Program-made: the position numbers and the translations under genes
The notes under the pieces: model-generated
The model's database searches: none
The model's input: the letters and a program-made list of their open reading frames with translations, nothing else
Told to the model about the DNA's origin: nothing
Part shown: piece by piece, positions 9,602 to 18,414 of the stretch
Position numbering within the stretch: the first letter of the stretch is position 1
Layout: the number at the start of each line of letters is the position of its first letter
Assembly: GCA_019639135.1 (NCBI GenBank)
Contig: JAHBSL010000019.1
Coordinates: forward strand, 33,134-97,133
Direction of reading: 5' to 3'
Source: Acidobacteriota bacterium
GTDB taxonomy: Bacteria > Acidobacteriota > Blastocatellia > Pyrinomonadales > Pyrinomonadaceae
Length of the DNA: 64,000 bases

Positions 9602-10345
9602 ATGCAACGCACTATCGACATCAATTGCGACTTGGGCGAGGGTTGCGGCGACGACGCGGCGCTGATGCCGTTCATTAGCTCGGCAAACATCGCTTGCGGC
9701 TACCATGCTGGCGACGCAGCGACTATGAGGACGACCATCGCTCTTGCCGCCGACCAAGGTGTTGCGATCGGTGCACATCCGAGCTACCAAGATCGCGAGA
9801 ACTTTGGCCGATCGGAAGTTGAGCTTTCGCCTGCCGAGATTCGCATTCTTATCCTTGAGCAACTCGAACTTTTCGCGAGTGCCTGCCGCGAGGTCGGCGT
9901 CGTTATGAACCACGTAAAGCCGCACGGAGCTCTCTACAATCGCTCAGCGCGCGACGTCGTGGTTGCTCGGGCCATCGCCGATGCTGTCCTAGATTTCGAT
10001 GCAGGACTGACGCTCTACGGCCTTGCGCAAAGCAATTCGACGGAAGCCGCCCGATCGCTTGGCCTAATGGCCGCCGACGAAGCATTTGCTGACCGGGCAT
10101 ACGAACCGGACGGCTCACTTGTCTCGCGAAAAAAGGAAAACTCCCTTATAAATTCGCCAGAGATCGCCGCAGCTCAGGCACTTCATATCGCTCTCGGCGG
10201 CGGGGTCGTCGCCGTTGATGGTTCGAACGTCCCGCTTTCCGCTGAAACCATCTGCGTCCACGGCGATGGTCCGAACGCGGTCGCGATCGCTCGCACAATT
10301 CGGTCGGCTTTCGAACTGGCCGGCGTCGTGATCAAGGCACCCTAG
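9602..10345 (+). CDS. pxpA: 5-oxoprolinase subunit A (LamB/YcsF family)
   Basis: IDINCDLGEGCGDDAALMPFISSANIACGYHAGD and VKPHGALYN are LamB/YcsF signatures. ATG 9602 is preferred; TTG 9581 is also possible. Confidence 0.85.
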   Translation: MQRTIDINCDLGEGCGDDAALMPFISSANIACGYHAGDAATMRTTIALAADQGVAIGAHPSYQDRENFGRSEVELSPAEIRILILEQLELFASACREVGVVMNHVKPHGALYNRSARDVVVARAIADAVLDFDAGLTLYGLAQSNSTEAARSLGLMAADEAFADRAYEPDGSLVSRKKENSLINSPEIAAAQALHIALGGGVVAVDGSNVPLSAETICVHGDGPNAVAIARTIRSAFELAGVVIKAP

Positions 10346-11506
10346 ATGACGAACAAGACCCGATCCTCGGCTATTCTCGGTGCGGCATTTTTGATGGCGA
10401 CCTCGGCCGTCGGTCCCGGCTTCCTAACGCAAACGACCGTCTTCACCTCACAGCTTTTGGCTAGTTTCGGATTTGTCATTCTCGTGTCGGTGATTCTCGA
10501 TATCTTTGCCCAACTGAACATCTGGCGGGTGCTTTCGCTTACCGGAAAGCGGGCTCAGGACCTTGCTAACGAGACCCTCACTGGCTCGGGTTATGTTCTC
10601 GCGGCAATGATCGTCTTCGGCGGTCTTGTCTTCAATATCGGAAACATTGCCGGAACCGGGCTCGGGCTTAATGCGGCGTCCGGCCTTCCGGTCGAAGCCG
10701 GTGCCGCCGTAAGTTCGGTCATCGCGATCGCCATCTTTCTTCTACCTGATGCGAACAGGTTCATGGATCATTTCGTCAAGATCCTCGGGATTGTATTGCT
10801 CGCGTTGATCGTTTACGTCCTTTTCGTTTCAAGCCCGCCGCTAGGCGAGGCAGCTTATCGAACTTTTATTCCTAAAACCATCGACGCCCGTGCGATAGTC
10901 ACTCTGGTGGGAGGAACAGTCGGCGGCTATATCACGTTTGCGGGTGCCCACCGCCTGATAGACGCAGGGATTACAGGGAAAGAACATATCGGCGAGATAA
11001 ATCGGAGTGCGGTAACCGGGATCGTTCTCACCGCGATCATTCGGTTCTGTTTGTTCCTTGCAGCCCTCGGCGTTATCACGATGGGCTTCTCGATCGACCC
11101 TGCAAATCCGCCGGCCTCGGTCTTTCAAAACTCGGCTGGCGAGATCGGCCAACGGCTGTTCGGCATCGTCATGTGGTGCGCCGCAATCACATCGGTGATC
11201 GGAGCCGCTTACACTTCGATCTCTTTTCTCAAGACCTTTGGAACATGGACCGAATGGCGAACGCGGCTCGCCATAGTCCTCTTCATCACGTTATCGACCG
11301 CCGTCTTTCTCATCGTCGGCCGGCCGATCGCTGTCCTCGTTTGGGCCGGCACGATCAACGGCTTTATCCTGCCCTTTGGCCTCGGCTTAATGCTCATCGC
11401 CGCCCGCCGCCGCCCCGACATTCCAATTCCGACCTGGCTCCAGGCCTCCGGCTGGGTCGTCGTCGTCATAATGGCTGCTTTTTCGGTTGTCACAGTTTTC
11501 GAATAA
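10346..11506 (+). CDS. NRAMP-like divalent-metal transporter family membrane protein (YcsG-like)
   Basis: 386 aa with about 11 TM helices. The N-terminal GPGFLTQTTVF resembles the NRAMP DPG-type motif region. A gene of this family sits next to pxp genes in B. subtilis (ycsG). It starts directly after the pxpA stop. Confidence 0.65.
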   Translation: MTNKTRSSAILGAAFLMATSAVGPGFLTQTTVFTSQLLASFGFVILVSVILDIFAQLNIWRVLSLTGKRAQDLANETLTGSGYVLAAMIVFGGLVFNIGNIAGTGLGLNAASGLPVEAGAAVSSVIAIAIFLLPDANRFMDHFVKILGIVLLALIVYVLFVSSPPLGEAAYRTFIPKTIDARAIVTLVGGTVGGYITFAGAHRLIDAGITGKEHIGEINRSAVTGIVLTAIIRFCLFLAALGVITMGFSIDPANPPASVFQNSAGEIGQRLFGIVMWCAAITSVIGAAYTSISFLKTFGTWTEWRTRLAIVLFITLSTAVFLIVGRPIAVLVWAGTINGFILPFGLGLMLIAARRRPDIPIPTWLQASGWVVVVIMAAFSVVTVFE

Positions 11507-11951
11507 AGCCGCCATCCGAACTAGCGAATATTTCTCGTCAGCCTTCTTCCGTGAGGCGTCTCAAATAAGGCAGAACCCACAAGTTCTTGTAGCCCAAGAG
11601 CGTCAGTATCAATAAAATTCATAAAGATTTTGCTTGCAATTGACCTCTTCCGGCTATACGATGTTATCAAAACATAGATCCAAGAGGGTCATTACCGGAA
11701 GAGTAGTTGTCTTTCACCAGCAGTTCCCGGAATTGTGGGGACTTTTTTCTTTGTCGCTTTTTTTGAAAAGACTGCTTGACCGGATTGGGCAAATATTTTT
11801 TGAAAGTTCGTCTTTATTGCAGGTATTGCTGTTAGAGAATTACTCAGACACGGTTACCTTGCGTCCGTAGTTTTTGGACGGCCAGGCCGATCTGAGAGTT
11901 TACTGGGATCAGCCGTTTCCCCGGCTTTTCCTTTACTGGAGAGGTGTTATT
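11507..11951. promoter_or_regulatory. 445-bp AT-rich non-coding region heading the EPS locus (putative promoter/leader)
   Basis: No credible ORF. There are TTGACC hexamers at 11640-11645 and 11776-11781. A 9-bp inverted repeat, CTCTTCCGG (11645-11653) / CCGGAAGAG (11695-11703), is separated by 41 nt. No transcription start site can be assigned from sequence. Confidence 0.3.
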
Positions 11952-12233
11952 ATGTCTCGCAAAGCCCACAACCGTTTTTTGGTAACGGTGTGTCTTTTTT
12001 TAACCTTGGCTGCATTCGCTCTGACCTTCGCAGAGATCAGCCAGGGCACTTCGATATCGGATACCGGAACAGGATGTTCGTCTAAAGCTGACACTTCGTC
12101 TTCCTTTATCGGTCCGACCGAAACTTGTCCTGCTTCCTCGGCTTCGTTCGAATCCGTTTCCTTGATGCTCTTTGGCTTAGGCCTGGTCGGGTTTGCTCAT
12201 GCAATAAGAAGAAGTTTCAAATATTCCGGCTAA
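11952..12233 (+). CDS. small secreted Ser/Thr-rich protein with a degenerate PEP-CTERM-like C-terminal sorting/anchor signal
   Basis: SD GGAGAGG (11938-11944) lies 7 nt before ATG 11952. Signal peptide MSRKAHNRFLVTVCLFLTLAAFALTFA. The C-terminus is FESVSLMLFGLGLVGFAHAIRRSFKYSG: a short motif, a Gly/Leu-rich helix and an RR cluster. The track ORF start at 11874 (TTG) looks like an upstream extension. Confidence 0.6.
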   Translation: MSRKAHNRFLVTVCLFLTLAAFALTFAEISQGTSISDTGTGCSSKADTSSSFIGPTETCPASSASFESVSLMLFGLGLVGFAHAIRRSFKYSG

Positions 12234-12416
12234 CGATCCAAGCGTTCTCTCCTAAAGAATTGGATTTAGTTAATGATTGACACTGTTGATCGTGGAGAAC
12301 GCTAAAAGTTCAACACGAATGCTCGAAATATGCTATTACTTATAGCTTGAAAGCAGGGTTTCGAGCTGGAACTTATTATCGAGCGTGGTCTTTTGACCTC
12401 GCAAGAAGCACGAAAG

Positions 12417-14075
12417 ATGAATCTCGAATTCAGAAAGAGGACGCCCGCTGACATTATCGCCATACTGAAACGTAGAGCGTGGTTATTGGTCCTGCCGACC
12501 GTTGCAGTCACTCTTGCGGTCGCGATCAGCCTTAAAGATTTTCCCGAGAAGTATCGCTCGACCACTTTTCTTACTCTTACTCCTCCCTCGATCTCGGAAA
12601 AGGTCGCACCATCTCTCACCGATGAGAATTTATCGAATCGGCTGCAGGCGATCGGTTCCTCCGTTCTCAGCCGGTCATCTTTATCTGAATTGATCGAACA
12701 ATTCGGACTTTATCCACGTGATATCGCCGCAGGTATCCCGGTTGGCGATGTCGCAGAAAAGATGCGGGGTTCCATAACCGTCGAATCCGAGCGGGGTCAA
12801 GGCGAGCGTGTGGTTGGCTTTCGCATCAGCTATGAATACTCGGACCCGGTAAGTGCCCAAAAGGTTACGGCCGAGCTTGCGAACCGCTACATCGCGTCGC
12901 AGTTGTCGGCTTCACAGGCAAGCGCTGAGACAACGAAGGAGTTTATTGATGCTCAACTCGAGCAGGCAAAGGCTTCTCTCGATTCGCTGGAACAACAAAG
13001 ATTGCAGATAATGGCCAACAATGTCGAAGCATTGCCCGAATCGGCCCAGGGGTTGATCGCACAACTTCAAGGACTCAGACAGCGCGAACAAACTATATAT
13101 AAAGAAAAGGAGACCCTGATCGTGGAACGCGGGCGTATGCTTGAGAACATCCGCGCCCTGAACAGCCAGATCCGCCTCGTAGAAAACTTTGGACAGAAGG
13201 AAACCCAGGATGCAGTTGTACAAGCGACCCGCATCGAGGACACGCCAGCTTATGCCGAATTGATCAAGCGCCGCACAGAAGTCGCCGCGAAGCTTGATAA
13301 CCTGAAGAAACAGTTCCGGGATCGCCACCCGGAGGTCGTGCAGGCAGATATCGAGTTATCAAAAGTCAACGACGAGATCGAGAAGCTCGCTCGTACGACC
13401 GATAGCCGTGTAAAGCAGGTAAATGACGCCGCGGCACGACGGGCCGAGTTGCAAAAAAGCAGCCTTGAGATCGAACGCGTAAAGTCCGAAGGGCAGATCA
13501 GGCAGATCGATGCTCAACTTCAGTCAAAGGACGCAGAGATCTCTCAAAATAGCGCTCAGATCGCTCAGCTAGAAAGTAAGATAAACCTGATCCCGAATGT
13601 GAAGGTGGCTCTTGAAGGGGTCAATAACCAATATTCCTCTGCAAAGGCGAATTACGACGAGATACTAAGGAAATTCAACACCGCACAGCAACAGGTTCAG
13701 AGAGAATCGAACGACCAGGGCGAGTCGATCCAGATCGTGGACGCAGCGAATCTGCCCGAGACTCCGGAGAACGCATCAAAAAAGACGTTCATTCTTTTGG
13801 GTAGCATCGGAGTTGGACTATTTTTGGGACTTGGAATCGCGGCCTTGTATGAATTGCCGCGATTGACCAAGATAAATTCGGTTACCGATGCGGAGTATTA
13901 CACCGGCCTTCCGGTGTGGGCAGCCATAGCACCGCTTCTGTCAGAACGTGAAATGCTGCAAAATCGACGACGAACATGGCTACTTCGTGTCGGAGGTGTC
14001 GCCGCCACGGTGATCGCTGTGCCGGTGCTTGTTTTGGCGATCTCGGCGATTCGTTTGTTTGATCGCATCGGCTGA
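12417..14075 (+). CDS. polysaccharide chain length determinant / co-polymerase (GumC/Wzz family, PEP-CTERM-locus type)
   Basis: N-terminal Wzz block: IIAILKRRAWLLVLPTVAVTLAVAISLKDFPEKYRSTTFL. A long coiled-coil periplasmic region and C-terminal TM helices (FILLGSIGVGLFLGLGIAALY) follow. There is no kinase domain, so the architecture is split. ATG 12417 is preferred over TTG 12393. Confidence 0.8.
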   Translation: MNLEFRKRTPADIIAILKRRAWLLVLPTVAVTLAVAISLKDFPEKYRSTTFLTLTPPSISEKVAPSLTDENLSNRLQAIGSSVLSRSSLSELIEQFGLYPRDIAAGIPVGDVAEKMRGSITVESERGQGERVVGFRISYEYSDPVSAQKVTAELANRYIASQLSASQASAETTKEFIDAQLEQAKASLDSLEQQRLQIMANNVEALPESAQGLIAQLQGLRQREQTIYKEKETLIVERGRMLENIRALNSQIRLVENFGQKETQDAVVQATRIEDTPAYAELIKRRTEVAAKLDNLKKQFRDRHPEVVQADIELSKVNDEIEKLARTTDSRVKQVNDAAARRAELQKSSLEIERVKSEGQIRQIDAQLQSKDAEISQNSAQIAQLESKINLIPNVKVALEGVNNQYSSAKANYDEILRKFNTAQQQVQRESNDQGESIQIVDAANLPETPENASKKTFILLGSIGVGLFLGLGIAALYELPRLTKINSVTDAEYYTGLPVWAAIAPLLSEREMLQNRRRTWLLRVGGVAATVIAVPVLVLAISAIRLFDRIG

Positions 14076-14092
14076 ACGGCAGAGTACTAAAG

Positions 14093-15037
14093 ATGTACAA
14101 AGAGTTCTTCGAGTTAAACGATTATCCGTTCAGTCTGACGCCTGATCCCAGATTCATTGTGTTCACGCCGAAATACAATGAACTGCTTGCCGGGATCTAT
14201 TATGGCGTCGAAATGGCAAAAGGACTTATGATGCTAACCGGCGAGGTCGGGACCGGCAAGACGACCGCCTTAAGGTGGATAATCCGACGGCTTGATTCGA
14301 GCGTTCTCGCTGCCTACATCTTCAATCCGCACCTGACCATCGACGAGTTCTATCAGCATATCTCAGAAATGCTCGGGCTCGGTGAGCATAACTCAAAGAC
14401 CGGACTTCTCCTGGAGATGGGCAGGCTGCTTGAAGAACGTCACAACCGCGGACTACGGACCATGCTTATTGTGGATGAAGCTCATGAGTTATCCGGAGAG
14501 CTGATGGAGGAGATACGGCTTTTACTTAATTTCGAGTCTGATAGTGCCAAATTCTTACAGATAATATTGACCGGTCAGCCGGAACTAAAGGAACGCCTTC
14601 GACGCCGTGACCTCCGACAACTGAAGCAGAGAATAGCTTTGAAATGTGAGATGCCGATACTCTCTGATGTCGGCGAGGTTGAGCGGTTCATCCTGGAGCG
14701 TTTGAAACTCGCCGGTGCCAAAAGCGACTCTATCTTTAACGGAGAAGCGATAGAACTCATTTATCAGTGTTCCGAAGGAATTCCGAGGCAGATCAACAAT
14801 CTTTGTGACAATGCTCTGATCGCTGCTTTCGCAGCAAATCAGAAAACTGTTTCCAGGAAAATGGTAGAAGAAGTTGCTTCTAACCTAGACCTTCTTCCGG
14901 ACCGAGACAACCTCCTTGCTCAAGACAGACAGGCGGCGGAAATAAGGAGCACTAGAGTGTTGAGCGAACGGGGATTCGATGACCTTATCTCGAAGGTCCG
15001 AGACGAGGATGAAGTTACGAGTTTCGAGGCGGTTTAG
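14093..15037 (+). CDS. ExeA/GspA-like AAA ATPase (PEP-CTERM-locus secretion ATPase type)
   Basis: MYKEFFELNDYPFSLTPDPRF..., Walker A GEVGTGKTT, Walker B MLIVDEAHEL, then ILTGQPEL and GIPRQINNLCDNAL, typical of the ExeA/AAA_22 family. Confidence 0.8.
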   Translation: MYKEFFELNDYPFSLTPDPRFIVFTPKYNELLAGIYYGVEMAKGLMMLTGEVGTGKTTALRWIIRRLDSSVLAAYIFNPHLTIDEFYQHISEMLGLGEHNSKTGLLLEMGRLLEERHNRGLRTMLIVDEAHELSGELMEEIRLLLNFESDSAKFLQIILTGQPELKERLRRRDLRQLKQRIALKCEMPILSDVGEVERFILERLKLAGAKSDSIFNGEAIELIYQCSEGIPRQINNLCDNALIAAFAANQKTVSRKMVEEVASNLDLLPDRDNLLAQDRQAAEIRSTRVLSERGFDDLISKVRDEDEVTSFEAV

Positions 15038-15172
15038 AACCGGCTCGTCGCTTGATCTGATTTTCAGTATTCGGAATTTTGGAGCGTTTCGGCGTTTTCA
15101 AGCGGCATATGCTCAACAATGTGGGCATAGATTAAAAGCAAGTTTTGACATTTTTTCGCGATTATTTTTGTT

Positions 15173-16171
15173 ATGAGGTTTTCTAAGACCCTAAAAAAAG
15201 TCATTGAGACCCGGCCGAATGCTCAGGAGATCGAGCGCGGCTCTATCTCAACTGAAGGTGGAGTCAACGAAACTTCCTCGAACGAAAGCGCCCAGTTCGC
15301 TGTACACGAGCTGAAATTTGGCCGACCGGCCACAGATTTTCCGGAACAAGCCGGCAGACATGCCGAGGCGGTCGCTGCCCCACCGCATATTCAAAGGTAC
15401 GGTGTTCCGGCCGAAGTCAATCCGGATAAAGGAAGTAAAGAAGCGAAAATCTCCGGCGCATTTCCTTCGCTGGTTATCTCGCCAGTATCCGTACACGAAC
15501 GGTTGGTCGCGATCCGCGAACCGGATTCATCCTACGCAGAAGATTACCGTTCTCTCAGGACTCAGTTGATCCACAAGAAAAACGAGACCGGCGTTCGTAG
15601 TATCGTTTTACTTAGTTTCGGTCCGGGTGAAGGTAAATCGGTGACCGCGATCAACCTGGCTTGGCTTCTCGCTCAAACCGACGGTATCAAAGCAGCACTA
15701 ATCGATGGCGACCTTCGCCAACCGAGCATTGCCGAATATCTGGGCCAGCATGACTCATTTGGCCTGGCCGAACTGATGCGGAATGGAAACTCGTTTGAAG
15801 ATGCAATGACCGTACTCGAACCGGCAGGGCTGCATTTCATTCCGGGCGGAGCAACTCGCGAGGACGTCGCCGAACTGATCTCTAGTTCCAAGTTTCGCGA
15901 TCTTCACGACACGTTGGTCGAACGATTTGACTTCACCATCATTGACGCCCCTCCATTGAGCCTCTTTACGGATGCTGCCGCTATGCTTGAGGTGGCAGAC
16001 GCTGGGATTCTTGTCATCCGTGCGAATCAGGTTAATTACCAGGCATTAGACAGGATGATGCGTACTTTGCCAAAAGAAAAGTTGCTTGCAGTTGTGTTGA
16101 ACCAATCCGAAGAAGCATTGATTGATCGAGATTACTACTACTATGCGAACTATCGGAGTTCGCGAATGTAG
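15173..16171 (+). CDS. CpsD/CapB-type bacterial tyrosine autokinase (BY-kinase), stand-alone cytoplasmic module
   Basis: Walker A GPGEGKSVT, Walker A' LIDGDLRQPS, Walker B FTIIDAPPL, and a C-terminal tyrosine cluster DRDYYYYANYRSSRM. Confidence 0.8.
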   Translation: MRFSKTLKKVIETRPNAQEIERGSISTEGGVNETSSNESAQFAVHELKFGRPATDFPEQAGRHAEAVAAPPHIQRYGVPAEVNPDKGSKEAKISGAFPSLVISPVSVHERLVAIREPDSSYAEDYRSLRTQLIHKKNETGVRSIVLLSFGPGEGKSVTAINLAWLLAQTDGIKAALIDGDLRQPSIAEYLGQHDSFGLAELMRNGNSFEDAMTVLEPAGLHFIPGGATREDVAELISSSKFRDLHDTLVERFDFTIIDAPPLSLFTDAAAMLEVADAGILVIRANQVNYQALDRMMRTLPKEKLLAVVLNQSEEALIDRDYYYYANYRSSRM

Positions 16172-16209
16172 CGGCTTGGGCCAAAAGTCGCTTTTGACAA
16201 AATAACGCA

Positions 16210-17595
16210 ATGAATACCCGCATTAATGCCAGAGCAGTCATATTACTCTTCGCGGACATAGCGTTTGTAATATTCGGGTTCGTGCTTGCGGCAGTCATAA
16301 GGCTTGGCTTCTCAGAAGGAGTTGCATGGTTCGGCGAGGATCTGGCCTCGGTCAAAATCGTATTTGCCCTCATTGCAAGTATTGGTTCGCTCTATCTTTT
16401 CGACCTCTATGACTTTTCTGTCATCAGTAGTCGCCGTGAGTTGATCGTAAGGCTGATCCAATCGATAGGGACTACATGGCTTTTTCTAGCAGTTATCTAC
16501 TTCTTCTTCCCCCTTTTCCTGGTCGGGAGAGGGATTGCCGCCCTTTCCGCTCCGATCATTCTCATGTTTCTCCTTGCTTCGAGGATGGCGATCCACTTTT
16601 ACCTCGGCCACCCGGATTTCGGTGAGCGAGTTATTTTGGTAGGCAGCGGTCCTGCACTCGATGAATTGAATTATGCAACGATGAGCCGCCGCGATCTCGG
16701 CTATCGCATTGTTGGGTATGTTTCTGGCGAGAAATTGAACGGAAACCGTCCCCATTCGCCGCTCGAGTATATGGGACGCCTTGATGAACTGGAGGAAGTG
16801 ATCGCGAACGAGCGTATTTCGAGGGTTGTCGTGGGTGTTTCTGATCGACGGGGAAAGTTTCCCCTTGACATGCTGCTTAAACTAAGGCTTTCTGGCGGGC
16901 TCGCGATCGAAGAATCCACGACCTATCTGGAGCGTGTGACGGGCAAAGTGCATCTCGATAGCCTTCTCCCATCCTGGTTGATCTTTTCAGCGAGGCCTCG
17001 CGAAACACGCGTAATGCAAGCTTTTCGAGATATCTCTCAGCGTTTGCTGGCTCTTGTTGGGCTGATCGCTTCCCTTCCATTGGCGTTGTTGACCGCAGTC
17101 GCCGTCAAGCTGGACTCGCCCGGACCGGTATTCTATAAGCAAGTGCGTGTCGGAAAGAATGGCAAGCATTTCGTGTTGGTTAAGTTTCGTTCCATGCGGA
17201 CCGACGCCGAACGTGACGGGGCCGTCTGGGCGAGTGTTTCAGATGATCGTACAACCCGCGTAGGACGTGTCATTCGGAAATTGCGACTTGACGAGATCCC
17301 GCAGTTCTGGAACATCATAAAGGGTGATATGAGCTTTGTTGGGCCGCGGCCCGAACGCCCTGAATTCGTCGCAAAGCTCGCCGAGAGTGTTCCCTTTTAC
17401 GAGTATCGCCATCTGGTCGCTCCCGGTCTTACGGGATGGGCACAGGTTAATTATCCTTACGGTGCGTCGATCGAAGAATCAAAACGAAAGCTCGAGTTCG
17501 ATCTGTATTACATCAAGAATCAGTCGATCTCGCTTGATCTTGTGATACTGTTCGAGACTATAAAAACGATATTATCCGGCCGCGGCAGCCGTTGA
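16210..17595 (+). CDS. initiating polyprenyl-phosphate glycosyl-1-phosphate transferase (bacterial sugar transferase, WcaJ/EpsB-like)
   Basis: N-terminal TM bundle, a central Rossmann-like domain and the C-terminal signature PGPVFYKQVRVGKNGKHFVLVKFRSMRTDAE...DDRTTRVGRVIRKLRLDEIPQFWNIIKGDMSFVGPRPERPEF. Confidence 0.9.
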   Translation: MNTRINARAVILLFADIAFVIFGFVLAAVIRLGFSEGVAWFGEDLASVKIVFALIASIGSLYLFDLYDFSVISSRRELIVRLIQSIGTTWLFLAVIYFFFPLFLVGRGIAALSAPIILMFLLASRMAIHFYLGHPDFGERVILVGSGPALDELNYATMSRRDLGYRIVGYVSGEKLNGNRPHSPLEYMGRLDELEEVIANERISRVVVGVSDRRGKFPLDMLLKLRLSGGLAIEESTTYLERVTGKVHLDSLLPSWLIFSARPRETRVMQAFRDISQRLLALVGLIASLPLALLTAVAVKLDSPGPVFYKQVRVGKNGKHFVLVKFRSMRTDAERDGAVWASVSDDRTTRVGRVIRKLRLDEIPQFWNIIKGDMSFVGPRPERPEFVAKLAESVPFYEYRHLVAPGLTGWAQVNYPYGASIEESKRKLEFDLYYIKNQSISLDLVILFETIKTILSGRGSR

Positions 17596-17639
17596 TCGAG
17601 GAACGCCAGATGGTGACGATCTGAATATGTAGCGGGAGT

Positions 17640-18392
17640 ATGATGATGAAATATACTGAATACATACTGTTGATAGCAATTCTCCTGGCGATAACGTTAT
17701 CAACGGAAGCTCGGGGCGAACTCAATTCTGTCTTCCCAATGCCGACCGCCACACCGCCGACCAATGGTGGGATCTCCGGCGAAGATGATGAGGAGTCCCT
17801 GCTTCCCTTTTACAACAATTTTTTGTCGGAGTATGTGCTCGGGCCGGAGGATGTCATCTCTGTCGATGTATTCGGTCACCCGAATTATTCTAAATCCGGG
17901 ATCGTAGTCCCGCCGACCTCACGGATCTCATACCCTCTGATTCGCGGAGGTATCTTTGTCGGCGGCAAAACGACAGACCAAGTTGCCGAGATCATCCAAC
18001 GCGAACTCAACGAATATATTATCGATCCGCAGGTGACCGTCACTCTTGACAAGGTCGGCTCGGCACGCTTCAGCGTGCTTGGACGCGTAGCGAGTCCGGG
18101 CATAAGGCCGATGAACCGACGTTACTCGCTTTATGAAGCGATCGCCGAAGCCGGCGGAGTGGTCGAAAAGGGCGATCGTAAACGTGTCTTGCTCGTACGC
18201 ATGCAACGGGACGGACAACTCTCACAGTCTGTGATCGACCTTGAGAAATTGCTTGAAGGCAAACAGCCAGTTCCTTATCTACAACCCGGCGATCAGATAA
18301 TCGTACCGGAAAAACGCTGGAGCCTGACAAAGATCCTTGATGTTCTAGGCCGGGCAAGCGCTCTGAGGATACTATTCGGAAGCCCATTTTAA
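17640..18392 (+). CDS. polysaccharide export protein (Wza/OPX family: Poly_export + SLBB)
   Basis: Signal peptide MMMKYTEYILLIAILLAITLSTEA. YVLGPEDVISVDVFGHP (PES-type motif region), VTVTLDKVGSARFSVLGRVASPG, LQPGDQIIVPE. Confidence 0.8.
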   Translation: MMMKYTEYILLIAILLAITLSTEARGELNSVFPMPTATPPTNGGISGEDDEESLLPFYNNFLSEYVLGPEDVISVDVFGHPNYSKSGIVVPPTSRISYPLIRGGIFVGGKTTDQVAEIIQRELNEYIIDPQVTVTLDKVGSARFSVLGRVASPGIRPMNRRYSLYEAIAEAGGVVEKGDRKRVLLVRMQRDGQLSQSVIDLEKLLEGKQPVPYLQPGDQIIVPEKRWSLTKILDVLGRASALRILFGSPF

Positions 18393-18414
18393 TCTGCGCT
18401 CCGGAGCCAAACCA

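Noticed and set aside
11507-11560. Direct repeat of the tRNA-Lys 3' end (att site) at the left border of the low-GC locus
   Set aside because: Only a 6-nt match (ATCCGA in ccatccgaactagcgaa versus gatccgaccaggactcgaa) was found, and no integrase gene is present. This is insufficient to call a mobile island.
11634-11870. 78-aa ORF in the 445-bp leader region upstream of the EPS locus
   Set aside because: It has a non-ATG start, no SD, no recognisable fold or signal, and lies in an AT-rich region where random ORFs are expected. I treated the region as regulatory DNA.
11507-11951. Possible c-di-GMP riboswitch or sigma-54 (-24 GG / -12 GC) promoter ahead of the EPS genes
   Set aside because: A GGGCAAA stretch (near 11788) resembles part of GEMM-I, but the paired ACGCAAAGC-type element and helices are absent. 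No GG-N10-GC element with TGGCAC/TTGC context was found by eye. Covariance-model and PWM scans would be needed to be sure.
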